DNA of 64,000 nucleotides from a phage: NCBI GenBank assembly GCA_011911785.1, contig GCA_011911785.1_4084.1; one strand, 5' to 3'. Shown piece by piece: positions 10,306 to 19,191 of this stretch (position 1 is its first letter; each line of letters starts with the position of its first letter). The notes under the pieces were generated by a model. It saw only the letters and a program-made list of their open reading frames with translations, ran no database searches and was not told where the DNA came from. The position numbers and the translations under genes were made by a program.

Positions 10306-10908
10306 ATGATCATTGACATGCCTATTCTTAATAAAATGCTTAACCCTGTCATTACGTTAGCTAAAAGTATTTCTAATAATGAAAAGTTGCATCTCCCATA
10401 CTCTATGTTAACGTATGCAACTGATTTTTACAGGATTGAAATCTCGGCATGTGAACAACGAATTACACTAGCATTCAAACGCCTTGGTGCTGGACTTGCA
10501 AATGATTTTGATATTTCACTGATACTTCATGGTGAATTAGAAGATAGTAAAATTCTGTCCTATGAAAGAATTCTTCGCAGTACAAATGAAATAAAATTAT
10601 TCAAAACATTTTCACATTATAATGGTTCTGATGTTTCATATTATTTTGATAAGGATTCATTTAAGAATATCAAAAGTGTTGAAGTGAAAGATTTCAGCGA
10701 AGAATGGTATTTTCAAAATACATTAATTCATTCTTTACCTTCATATGAAGAAATGAAGATGAACATTGATCTTTATGAAAAATTAAAATCAGAACTGAAA
10801 TGTAATTTTCTATTATCAATGAACTACAAAAAGATCAGTACTGATGTGGTATTGGAAGATGAACTAATGAAACGAATTTGGTCTGCTATACCAGTTATTA
10901 AGGAATAA
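10306..10908 (+). CDS. hypothetical protein, family A
   Basis: 200 aa; motif EEWYFQNTLI. Confidence 0.7.
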   Translation: MIIDMPILNKMLNPVITLAKSISNNEKLHLPYSMLTYATDFYRIEISACEQRITLAFKRLGAGLANDFDISLILHGELEDSKILSYERILRSTNEIKLFKTFSHYNGSDVSYYFDKDSFKNIKSVEVKDFSEEWYFQNTLIHSLPSYEEMKMNIDLYEKLKSELKCNFLLSMNYKKISTDVVLEDELMKRIWSAIPVIKE

Positions 10909-10910
10909 TA

Positions 10911-11450
10911 ATGCACATTGCAACATTATCAAATACTAAAGAATTTGAGCTATGGCCTGAGAAAGTTAACAGCTTAAGACAGCGTTATGTGAATTTCTGC
11001 CGTGGTATCAGGAAAGCCAGTAGAATGTCACATTCACTAAGCATGTCAATTGATGGTTGTGTTATGAATGCAGATAAGAACCGTTTGTACGTTGAATCAT
11101 ACAGTTCGCAAGCTCTGTACATTATGCTTCATGCTGGTACACAAATCCCACAGAATTCGATTGGTTGTTATTCAATTACATGGTCTGGACGAAAGTCTAC
11201 TAAATTATATCCGTGCAAAAGAAACGACCAATCGTTCAGTGTTGATATTAATTACTGTGAGTACACTGAAGAAGAACACTTTCAGCACAGTACTCTTCAT
11301 GATATCATTGAGTACAATGAATGCATCAATGTACTGGATAAATGTTATGATTTAGAACATAATACTGGTATCGTTGTAGTTAATAATTGCTTTTTTGATA
11401 GTGATGTACTTGATACATTAGATTATTTTTTAGAGGGTTACAATGACTAA
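10911..11450 (+). CDS. hypothetical protein, family A
   Basis: 179 aa; motif EEHFQHSTLH. Confidence 0.7.
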   Translation: MHIATLSNTKEFELWPEKVNSLRQRYVNFCRGIRKASRMSHSLSMSIDGCVMNADKNRLYVESYSSQALYIMLHAGTQIPQNSIGCYSITWSGRKSTKLYPCKRNDQSFSVDINYCEYTEEEHFQHSTLHDIIEYNECINVLDKCYDLEHNTGIVVVNNCFFDSDVLDTLDYFLEGYND

Positions 11451-12060
11451 CATTAGAACAGAGTATGTTAAGTACGAGAAAGCACTACGTGATTTACTAA
11501 ACATTGCACCGGATTTAATTAGAGCTAAACAAACACTATTTGACAAGTACGGTCCGAAAAGTGAACTCAAGCTATCAAAAAAGGGAAAACCCACACAATA
11601 TACAACGCTGTATAATAGATATAGCGTTGGGATTTGTAATATCTATACAGATGAATTAGTACTGGAATTAACCCAAGACGATGATGAAGAAGCACATGAT
11701 TTATTTCCTGAATTTGAAGAGTGCATGTTTAGTCCAGGTAATCCAGTGTTTTTAACCTTAAATGATGGAAGAAAAACGCTAAAAGAATCGTTCATCACAT
11801 ATGATGCCAAAACTAAAACACTAATGGATATTGAATCTGGGTATAAGACTGATCTGAAATCACTTGAAGATTGTAAGGGTGCATTGTTTCAGATGGGTGT
11901 AATCACAGAGGTTACCACTACACCAGAAGAATTATGGCTTATGGTTTCAGTACTGAATGATTGGTACAAAGTGAAGAGTCTACGAAATATGTTCATTTAT
12001 ATCAAGCCTGATTGCATCAAGAAAGAAACACTAATTAACAATATGGTAATACCTGAATGA
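11443..12060 (+). CDS. hypothetical protein, family A
   Basis: 205 aa; motif KGALFQMGVI. Confidence 0.65.
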   Translation: MTNIRTEYVKYEKALRDLLNIAPDLIRAKQTLFDKYGPKSELKLSKKGKPTQYTTLYNRYSVGICNIYTDELVLELTQDDDEEAHDLFPEFEECMFSPGNPVFLTLNDGRKTLKESFITYDAKTKTLMDIESGYKTDLKSLEDCKGALFQMGVITEVTTTPEELWLMVSVLNDWYKVKSLRNMFIYIKPDCIKKETLINNMVIPE

Positions 12061-12656
12061 AAAAAGATCCAAATGAAGACTTAATCAATTCTTTAAGTAC
12101 TATCAAAGATTTGTGGTTACGATATCGTGGATTGTATAGTGTTAAAGATACAGAAAATAACATACTCCAAAGTCTTAAAATCACGATTCGAATGCAATTC
12201 AAAAATGGAATGGCAGTTGATGTTGAGATGAACAAAACTGGAGTTTATGTATATGATGGTTCTCGAACTGCAATCTTTATGGCAGAATTCATAGATGAAG
12301 ACTGTAATCTATATTGTTCATACGACATTGAAAGTGGTGATATCGAAATGTTCGCTAATGAACCTATCCTGCTCCGTTTCACTAAATCATGGAATGAAGA
12401 TTACATTATATATCAAAATGGAGGCTTCTTAAATTCCGATGAGGAACCCATCGATAACATAGAAGAAATGGCATTCCAGAGTAGTACTGTTAATGATGAT
12501 GCATTATCTTATCAAGAAATCCTTGACACAGTGAATGGTTATGATAAGATACAGGCTGCAATGAAAGAGAACGGTATCTGTTACCTTACAGTACTGGACA
12601 AACTCTTCTACGATGAACTGTGTTCGTACCTGAACTGTATTCTCACTGAGGATTGA
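12057..12656 (+). CDS. hypothetical protein, family A
   Basis: 199 aa; motif EEMAFQSSTV. Confidence 0.7.
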   Translation: MKKDPNEDLINSLSTIKDLWLRYRGLYSVKDTENNILQSLKITIRMQFKNGMAVDVEMNKTGVYVYDGSRTAIFMAEFIDEDCNLYCSYDIESGDIEMFANEPILLRFTKSWNEDYIIYQNGGFLNSDEEPIDNIEEMAFQSSTVNDDALSYQEILDTVNGYDKIQAAMKENGICYLTVLDKLFYDELCSYLNCILTED

Positions 12657-13072
12657 TGATGATTCTATACCATGCAAGTACTGTTAAAATTGACAACTTC
12701 TACATTCCTTATGGTGGTTTACATATGGGAGGGAAGCATAGTGCTCTTGAGGCTGCGTTACGCAAGCTGAGAAGCCCACTGAACGTTGTTGATGCTGACA
12801 CGGTGTACTTGCATACCTTAGAAGTTGACGTTGATAACGTGCTTCTGTGTGAGGATATGGGTAGTGATGACGAATGGCGATCACTTATTGAGTATTGTGA
12901 TACTGAAGGTTACGATGCAGTTCAGTACAAGAATGAATACGAGCCGGACAATGTTCCTAGTTATATGATTTGGGATACATCTAAAGTTCGTATTGTTGAA
13001 GTTGATGCTATGCATATGGATGAAGCTGAAATGATTATCGAAGATTTTCTTGATGAATATGAAGGTGTATAA
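12653..13072 (+). CDS. hypothetical acidic protein
   Basis: 139 aa; N-terminus MMMILYHAST, acidic C-terminus; no FQxS motif. Confidence 0.6.
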   Translation: MMMILYHASTVKIDNFYIPYGGLHMGGKHSALEAALRKLRSPLNVVDADTVYLHTLEVDVDNVLLCEDMGSDDEWRSLIEYCDTEGYDAVQYKNEYEPDNVPSYMIWDTSKVRIVEVDAMHMDEAEMIIEDFLDEYEGV

Positions 13073-13596
13073 TGACTGATTCAATGACAGTACTGGTACG
13101 TACTAAGTTACTATTGAAGATTGGTGAGATTTTCACAGATCTTATGCACAATCAAATTGATATTACAGAACTAGATATTAAGCAACCGTGGGAAATTACA
13201 AGGTTCTCGGCGTTCCACCGATTGTCATATAAAGGTGAAACTGTTCTTGATTTTAATCACAAAGCAAAATTCATGGATTATGCCGCGTTGTACCGAAATA
13301 ATTATTCAGGTTGTATAACCAATAACTTCAAAGGAATAAAAGTACAGATTGAATCAATTGAATTTAACGAATTACTATATCCAGAATTTAAGTTAACTGA
13401 AGAATCTATGTTTCAGTACTCACTAATTCTAAAAGATCTAGAAACTCTAGAGTACTACAGAGAGTTAGTAGATATTTTTATGAATGTTCGTCTTTCAAAA
13501 GATATTGTGATATTCTGGTATACAGAGCGTATTACAGAGGAAGTACTTGAAGAATTTCTCGTAAATATGACAGCTATTAAGGAGAATTTATGTTAG
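13072..13596 (+). CDS. hypothetical protein, family A
   Basis: 174 aa; motif EESMFQYSLI. Confidence 0.7.
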   Translation: MTDSMTVLVRTKLLLKIGEIFTDLMHNQIDITELDIKQPWEITRFSAFHRLSYKGETVLDFNHKAKFMDYAALYRNNYSGCITNNFKGIKVQIESIEFNELLYPEFKLTEESMFQYSLILKDLETLEYYRELVDIFMNVRLSKDIVIFWYTERITEEVLEEFLVNMTAIKENLC

Positions 13597-14054
13597 ACAT
13601 TTTAGGAAACATTGATACGGTAAACTTTTTTATTCAAGACGCAATTATCAATATCACATCAAAGCCAATCCAAGTTAGAAGTAACTTTTATAGTGGGGAT
13701 GGTTATATGGTTGATATTGTTGAAGTTAAGAAAAATGTTTTCCAAATCAATATTCTCACACAAACGAGAACACAGATTTCTCGTATCATCATCAATAAAG
13801 ATGAAGCCGTCATTCGTTATAATTCAAAATTCATGATGTTCTTTAAAAAGAAAACTGGTATGTTCAGTACTAATCTCTTTGATGAATCATTTTATTCAAC
13901 CGATGTGGAATCTACCTTCTTCACACAAAGTACATTTATCAAATTTGATAGTATTGAGTTCGATTCAAATATCATGTCAGAAACATTACAATGCCTAAAG
14001 GTATTACATAATGAATTTACCAACTTTATCGATAGCCGAAACAAGATTAACTAA
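13590..14054 (+). CDS. hypothetical protein, family A
   Basis: 154 aa; motif ESTFFTQSTF. Confidence 0.6.
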   Translation: MLDILGNIDTVNFFIQDAIINITSKPIQVRSNFYSGDGYMVDIVEVKKNVFQINILTQTRTQISRIIINKDEAVIRYNSKFMMFFKKKTGMFSTNLFDESFYSTDVESTFFTQSTFIKFDSIEFDSNIMSETLQCLKVLHNEFTNFIDSRNKIN

Positions 14055-14469
14055 TATAAATGAATTAGTTAATGCTATCTTATCATGCAAATTAAAAATT
14101 GATACCAAATGTAAGTACAATGGTATTAATTTATACAAATTAAAATATTCACGAATACATAATTCAGTAAAATACATTTACGGTACTAGTCAAATCATCT
14201 TTGAAACGGTTACAGTGAACAGTAAATTACTTATTGATGTTTATATCAGTAATAAGATTAAAAATTCACAAAAAGTGTTGACAGTTTCTTCTGATAATGT
14301 TACTATGTTTGATACCAACAATAAGAAGTTAGATATTGATTTAGATGTTATTCTTGATGGTGACTTATTCCAGTACGAGTGTATTGGTCTAAATAATCCA
14401 TTTGATAAATCAGTACTAGTCAATTTAATCAAACATATTAAGGGTATTTTAGATGAAACTAACAACTGA
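14011..14469 (+). CDS. hypothetical protein, family A
   Basis: 152 aa; motif GDLFQYECIG; start uncertain (overlaps upstream by 44 nt). Confidence 0.6.
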   Translation: MNLPTLSIAETRLTNINELVNAILSCKLKIDTKCKYNGINLYKLKYSRIHNSVKYIYGTSQIIFETVTVNSKLLIDVYISNKIKNSQKVLTVSSDNVTMFDTNNKKLDIDLDVILDGDLFQYECIGLNNPFDKSVLVNLIKHIKGILDETNN

Positions 14470-14953
14470 TATGAAACTTTGCATTTCTTTGATTATGCGT
14501 TCATTCGATGACAAAAGGACAAGTAAAGTTACTATCACCAATGACCATTTACAATGCAGTACACTCAATAGTACTGTAGTTTTCGGATTACATAGCCTCC
14601 GTTTGACGATAGTAAATAATATTGACAATACGGCGATGTGTATTACCCCCTGCCACGTTCAGGATGAACATGGTGTTTATCTTCACCACATGGGGACTTC
14701 GTATTTCATTTTCAATGAAGAAAAGGGAGTACAAAAAGACTTTAACACGTTGTGCGTAGACGGCGGTGAATTGTTCCAGATGGGAACTTTATATCAGTGT
14801 GATTTTACTGATACATCTGAAGTACTTCCATTATTTCTTGATCTCATTAAGAATTTAGGTTCATTTACTGGTCGCTATAACAAATCATTAAAGGCACAGG
14901 CAATTCAAAATATCTCGGAAGCAATAGAATATTACGAAAACGCTGTGTCGTAA
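14453..14953 (+). CDS. hypothetical protein, family A
   Basis: 166 aa; motif GGELFQMGTL. Confidence 0.65.
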   Translation: MKLTTDMKLCISLIMRSFDDKRTSKVTITNDHLQCSTLNSTVVFGLHSLRLTIVNNIDNTAMCITPCHVQDEHGVYLHHMGTSYFIFNEEKGVQKDFNTLCVDGGELFQMGTLYQCDFTDTSEVLPLFLDLIKNLGSFTGRYNKSLKAQAIQNISEAIEYYENAVS

Positions 14954-14993
14954 CACCAGCACATGGATGTGCGATGACGATCAAGGATAGATC

Positions 14994-15467
14994 ATGGAGA
15001 TTAAAACTGTTGAAAACGGAAAGATTGATGACATTTTAGAGTTGGACGCTTTCAAAGTGCATGATATAATGTTTAACGTAAGAGACATTATCCAATGCCT
15101 TTTCTTGTGCAGCAAGTCAATGTATGAACATTTCCATTGCCCACGTACTAATATTTTTATACTAACTATCAGTACTGAAAACTCATTTATAATGGGTATA
15201 CCAATGAATACGAATGAAGAATATATTGATTGTGTTGTTCGTAATGATCCTTCTATCACACCACAGAGTGAAGTGCATAAGAAGAAAAATACATATACTA
15301 TTAAAGACGATAAAATTATGATGTGCGTTACCAAGGGTTTTCTACTTGACAACTTCATAATCAAAGATAGTTATCATGACTTTAAAGTATCTGAGAAGCA
15401 AGTCAACGTAGTTCTATATGCAAGTGATATCGAGAGCCTTACAGTGAAAGATCCAGACCTGGAGTAA
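14994..15467 (+). CDS. hypothetical protein
   Basis: 157 aa ORF co-directional with the array; antisense ORF 14981..15364 judged a shadow. Confidence 0.55.
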   Translation: MEIKTVENGKIDDILELDAFKVHDIMFNVRDIIQCLFLCSKSMYEHFHCPRTNIFILTISTENSFIMGIPMNTNEEYIDCVVRNDPSITPQSEVHKKKNTYTIKDDKIMMCVTKGFLLDNFIIKDSYHDFKVSEKQVNVVLYASDIESLTVKDPDLE

Positions 15468-15469
15468 TT

Positions 15470-15607
15470 ATGGCTAAGAAATCTAAAGTAAACAACTTTG
15501 TTGCAAAGCACTGTAATGAGTTTAATAAGGCTCAAGTGCACGTGGACCGCAAGAAAGCTGCAAAAAATGGAAAAATTAAACACCAGTCGAGATTTTATCT
15601 CGACTAA
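15470..15607 (+). CDS. small basic protein (45 aa), hypothetical
   Basis: GGAG RBS then ATG 15470; MAKKSKVNNFVAKHCNEFNKAQVHVDRKKAAKNGKIKHQSRFYLD; C-terminus encoded in terminator hairpin; below the ORF-track size cutoff. Confidence 0.4.
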   Translation: MAKKSKVNNFVAKHCNEFNKAQVHVDRKKAAKNGKIKHQSRFYLD

Positions 15608-15613
15608 TTTTTT
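15586..15613 (+). terminator. rho-independent terminator
   Basis: Stem GTCGAGA/TCTCGAC, loop TTTTA, then TAATTTTTTG. Confidence 0.6.
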
Positions 15614-15629
15614 GTCCGAGGAAATGTAA

Positions 15630-16466
15630 ATGTTCTTAAACTTCAAAGAGTATTCAGTACTTGATCATATCAAGATTCTATCTGAGAATCCTGAAACATT
15701 TGGTGCAGTAAAAACAGCAAATGGAGAATCTTATGATGTTTATAACATTACAGGACATACTGTTTCTGTAAAAAACAATATCCGTCCTTCGACACTAGAT
15801 ATTAATATTCGTAATAATGAAACTTATGAAACTTCACTATCATACGAATATGATTCAGATCTTAAGTCTGAAATATTCAACACACCATCAGTCCATTATT
15901 ACAAGTCAGAAGATACAATTCGTTACCGAGATACCACGATTAATGATATAGTTTTTAATCGTAGAATTAATGCCAGTGGTATAGTTTCAGTTCGTAGTAC
16001 TGATAGATTTGCAAAATATACTGTCGAAAATAATGTACGATCATTTGAAACAACTTTCCGTCTAACACAAGGTACAGAAGAAAGCAACATCACACTCCAA
16101 GAACGTTTGTCATCAGACGGGATTATTATGCGTAGTGTTGCTTTTTTCAGATATAACACCGAAGATGGGCGTCCAGTGATGTGTGATTTGGATATCACTC
16201 GTACAGGTGATAAAACAATCGCCACTATAACCTCTGGATACCGACATTCGTTTACATTAGAACTGGATGTACCTGATGCATCATTACTTGGTATTTTTGA
16301 TCCGCTGGCAGCATTTCAAGCAGAGTTAGTACTGAACCCTAAGCAGTACGAGATTCTTGATATCTTACGTAAAGGCATAGTTAATAAGTTGAAAACTTAC
16401 CAACAGTTAGGTGGTAAGATGAGTATAGTTAATACTATTCTCGAAAATATTGAAAGAGTAAGTTAA
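15630..16466 (+). CDS. hypothetical protein
   Basis: 278 aa ORF with GAGGA RBS upstream. Confidence 0.65.
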   Translation: MFLNFKEYSVLDHIKILSENPETFGAVKTANGESYDVYNITGHTVSVKNNIRPSTLDINIRNNETYETSLSYEYDSDLKSEIFNTPSVHYYKSEDTIRYRDTTINDIVFNRRINASGIVSVRSTDRFAKYTVENNVRSFETTFRLTQGTEESNITLQERLSSDGIIMRSVAFFRYNTEDGRPVMCDLDITRTGDKTIATITSGYRHSFTLELDVPDASLLGIFDPLAAFQAELVLNPKQYEILDILRKGIVNKLKTYQQLGGKMSIVNTILENIERVS

Positions 16467-16486
16467 TACATGGAGATAGATTTAGT

Positions 16487-16789
16487 ATGGATACTAAATT
16501 TGAAATTAAATTCTTGACACAACCATATACTCCTAATACTGGGAAACGTTTTATTCCTGAAGGAGCAGTAGAGGTTGTTCACCCTGATGGTACTAAATTG
16601 TATTTGAATCCATGTTCATATGAGCGTGCTGTTGAAATGCTTATCATGAACTGTAAGCACAATACAAAGACAGAGGACAGTAAGTACATCAGTTATCTAT
16701 ATAGCGAGCACATCCTCGACTTCCAAGACGAGAATATGTTCATCCTTGCAATTCAAGACTTTGAAAATTGGATTGAAAATATTGTCTAA
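16487..16789 (+). CDS. hypothetical protein
   Basis: 100 aa ORF. Confidence 0.55.
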   Translation: MDTKFEIKFLTQPYTPNTGKRFIPEGAVEVVHPDGTKLYLNPCSYERAVEMLIMNCKHNTKTEDSKYISYLYSEHILDFQDENMFILAIQDFENWIENIV

Positions 16790-16796
16790 AATCATC

Positions 16797-16824
16797 TGGA
16801 CATATGACAATTCAATGATATAAT
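16797..16824 (+). promoter_or_regulatory. sigma70-like promoter with extended -10
   Basis: TGGACA (16797-16802), 16-nt spacer, TGATATAAT ending 16824; upstream of ATG 16856. Confidence 0.5.
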
Positions 16825-16855
16825 GTTCGCATCTTTTTGATAAACGGAGATAAAG

Positions 16856-17242
16856 ATGAATACAAGTTCTATTCTAAAAGCAATTGGTGGTGTACTTCTC
16901 ATCGAGGTACAAGGTGAACCAAAACTATGTTGTTTAGAAGATATGAAACAAACTAAATTCTTTGGTACTGGTCAGATTTTCAATGCAATTCGCGTTTTGA
17001 ATGATAAAACAGTAGGTGACTACGGTCGTGCATGGCCTAACTATCGCAATGACGAAGGTGAAATCAGTACTGACTGGAAAACAATTGAAGCTGTTCGTCA
17101 GAATTGTGATTCAGATTGGGATTTCATTGTTGAAGTGTGTAATCAACTTCAAGAAGAAGTACCAGAGATTGTTGAACGTAAAGAAGTACTATCACAGCTA
17201 GAGAAGTTCCGTCACGGAACACTACAATACGAAGTACTGTAA
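16856..17242 (+). CDS. hypothetical protein
   Basis: 128 aa ORF with GGAGA RBS. Confidence 0.6.
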   Translation: MNTSSILKAIGGVLLIEVQGEPKLCCLEDMKQTKFFGTGQIFNAIRVLNDKTVGDYGRAWPNYRNDEGEISTDWKTIEAVRQNCDSDWDFIVEVCNQLQEEVPEIVERKEVLSQLEKFRHGTLQYEVL

Positions 17243-17296
17243 TATCTCCGATTATTAAAACAAACTAATTAAACATTATATAAAAAGGAATTTAAA

Positions 17297-17605
17297 ATGG
17301 AAGACAACGGAATGAAATTTGATATGTTTGAAGGTGTACCAGAGTTTGATTTCAACAAGCTTGAAAATGGCGAAGAAGCAGAACTCGTAAGTGTTACCTT
17401 AAAATCGGATACTAAGAAGAAATACTCTTCAGCAGTTCGTGCTCGTTCACAAGAAGAATATGAAACGTTCATTGAAAGTATTCATTATGAAACAATGACT
17501 CGTGCAGATGGAAGTACTTATGAAGTTCGCGTTACAGTACTGAAACCTGAAGTTAATCCTCTTGAGAATTTGAAACCAGTCTACTGCTGGGGAACCTCAA
17601 ACTAA
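17297..17605 (+). CDS. hypothetical protein
   Basis: 102 aa ORF with AAGGAA RBS. Confidence 0.6.
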   Translation: MEDNGMKFDMFEGVPEFDFNKLENGEEAELVSVTLKSDTKKKYSSAVRARSQEEYETFIESIHYETMTRADGSTYEVRVTVLKPEVNPLENLKPVYCWGTSN

Positions 17606-17620
17606 TACATAATAAAAAAA

Positions 17621-17646
17621 GGTCGGGAATATTCTCGGCCTTTTTG
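17621..17646. terminator. rho-independent terminator (A-run / hairpin / T-run)
   Basis: AAAAAAA-GGTCGGGAATATTCTCGGCC-TTTTTG; stem pairs with G-U wobbles. Confidence 0.5.
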
Positions 17647-17659
17647 TCTATGAGGCACT

Positions 17660-18499
17660 ATGAAATTAAATTTTATTATCAACTTTAATGTTAAAGAAAC
17701 CGATCATTACGCATCAGAAGATGACCGTGTTGCACCAGCTTCGTCTGAATACATCAGAAATGAAAATGTCCATATGCATGAAAATTATTTCGACTTTGGT
17801 AATTTTATTATCTACCGTGGATTTAAGGATGTTGTATTCCGTTCCAGATATGAAGACTTTGAACATGCACTCGTTGATGTACCGGATGAATTAGTATTCC
17901 AGTTCATGTTACTTGGTATTAAAGATTATGACTTTATAGTTTATAACCATTATACTAAGCGTATTATGATTGGTAATGATTCATATGATCTTACTTATTA
18001 TTCCAGTACTGATGAAGATTTAGAAAATATTAAACGCCGTTCTGGTGGTATACGTAATTGTTCATCTTCAAACTCCAGTAGAATGAGTGAAAGGTTTTTT
18101 GATTTCAAAAATAGCAATAATAACGACTGTGAAGACGCGGACAATACTGAACATGTAATGTTTGAAATTGACCACAATAATGGATATAATGACTTCCTTA
18201 ATGTTCTGAAGCCTTATATCAATCATAAATTCATCAAAGATGTAAATCTGGTAGCTCGTGACTTACAGTACAGTGATCGTACTGGTGGTATGCCTGTACC
18301 AATGGATCGTGTATGTACGAACAATACAGTGTTTAATGTACCACGAGAAGATGTTGCATTTGTATTTCTGGCATTTTTGAATTCAGATGCACTATGGGAC
18401 GATAATGAAAGACAATTTAGTTCAAGACATATTGAAATAATTCGTCAAAACACACTACTTCTGTGGAAGAAATTTACTGAAAATACCCAGGACAAATAA
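17660..18499 (+). CDS. hypothetical protein, family A (longer member)
   Basis: 279 aa; motif DELVFQFMLL. Confidence 0.6.
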   Translation: MKLNFIINFNVKETDHYASEDDRVAPASSEYIRNENVHMHENYFDFGNFIIYRGFKDVVFRSRYEDFEHALVDVPDELVFQFMLLGIKDYDFIVYNHYTKRIMIGNDSYDLTYYSSTDEDLENIKRRSGGIRNCSSSNSSRMSERFFDFKNSNNNDCEDADNTEHVMFEIDHNNGYNDFLNVLKPYINHKFIKDVNLVARDLQYSDRTGGMPVPMDRVCTNNTVFNVPREDVAFVFLAFLNSDALWDDNERQFSSRHIEIIRQNTLLLWKKFTENTQDK

Positions 18500-18516
18500 A
18501 TTCTTGGTGATATAAT
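18489..18516 (+). promoter_or_regulatory. candidate promoter with extended -10
   Basis: AGGACA, 16-nt spacer, TGATATAAT (TATAAT at 18511-18516); predicted start site falls inside the 5' arm of the adjacent terminator. Confidence 0.4.
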
Positions 18517-18518
18517 GA

Positions 18519-18552
18519 TGAGTGGCAATATATCTTTGTCACTCTTTTTTTT
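18519..18552 (+). terminator. rho-independent terminator
   Basis: Stem GAGTGGCAA/TTGTCACTC (one mismatch), loop TATATCT, then T8. Confidence 0.65.
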
Positions 18553-19190
18553 AATCCTGAAAGGTTCCATATGGAAATGATTAAGAGCCTAATCCACTCG
18601 AAAATGTAGAGGGTAGATGAGTAGTCCTTTCAGTACGAACAGCAGATGAAACCCGTCAGATGTGGGCATATTATGAACCCCTCACGGCAATGCGGCTGTA
18701 TAAAGAACTCCGATAAGCACACAGAGAGTTCCTAGATAGACATATAAGGATCGCACCTTACCAGATTTGCTAAGGGAGATTTCATTAGAAATTGCGGTCA
18801 ACTATTTGTACAAGATAGTTGCGTCCAAAATTTGGTGAAATCAAATACCAGTACTGTTCATATGGTACTCGTATTATGTGTCGGGATGTTTAAGACCGAC
18901 GACCGTTGCTACAAGAACCGCGATAGAGAGAAACAGAGCAACCCGCTTTCGCCTCGTTAAGAGAATTCGTGATATGAAATATGTGAAGACCACCAGCGTC
19001 AAATTTTAATTCTTTCCCCCAGTGGGGGGATGAAATATGCTCTTCCAAACCTCGTCAATATTAATTAAAACCATTTAGTACTATTAGAATTATTCAGAGC
19101 GTAGCGATGAATTAATTCTACTGATGTTGATTGAGTGCTAACGAAATCAACATCGAGTACATTATTTGATGTTTCCTAAAAAGGAATAAT
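18553..19190 (+). ncRNA. candidate structured non-coding RNA locus (unclassified)
   Basis: About 640 bp with no ORF of 60 aa or more on either strand in an otherwise densely coding genome; locally GC-richer; hairpins such as TCCCCC-AGTG-GGGGGA; no tRNA T-loop motif found. Confidence 0.3.
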
Positions 19191-19191
19191 A

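Noticed and set aside
11068-11355. Nested same-strand alternate-frame ORFs (also 5504..5704, 17016..17201, 26681..26914, 30142..30342, 36049..36240, 39912..40121)
   Set aside because: Fully contained in a different frame of longer, better-supported genes.
12653-13072. Tpt1/KptA-like RNA 2'-phosphotransferase or ADP-ribosyltransferase, based on the N-terminal LYHAS segment
   Set aside because: Only a four-residue resemblance; the rest of the remembered catalytic motif is not present. Left as hypothetical.
76-14953. F-Q-x-S motif as a bona fide protease cleavage site (TEV/3C-like ENLYFQ-S)
   Set aside because: Spacing differs (an extra residue between Q and S), no chymotrypsin-like 3C protease is visible in the window, and conservation is equally explained by a structural core; noted as speculation only.
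18553-19190. tRNA gene cluster in the ORF-free region (T4-like phages often carry tRNAs here)
   Set aside because: No GTTCRA T-loop consensus or cloverleaf-compatible acceptor pairing found on either strand by eye; kept only as unclassified ncRNA candidate.
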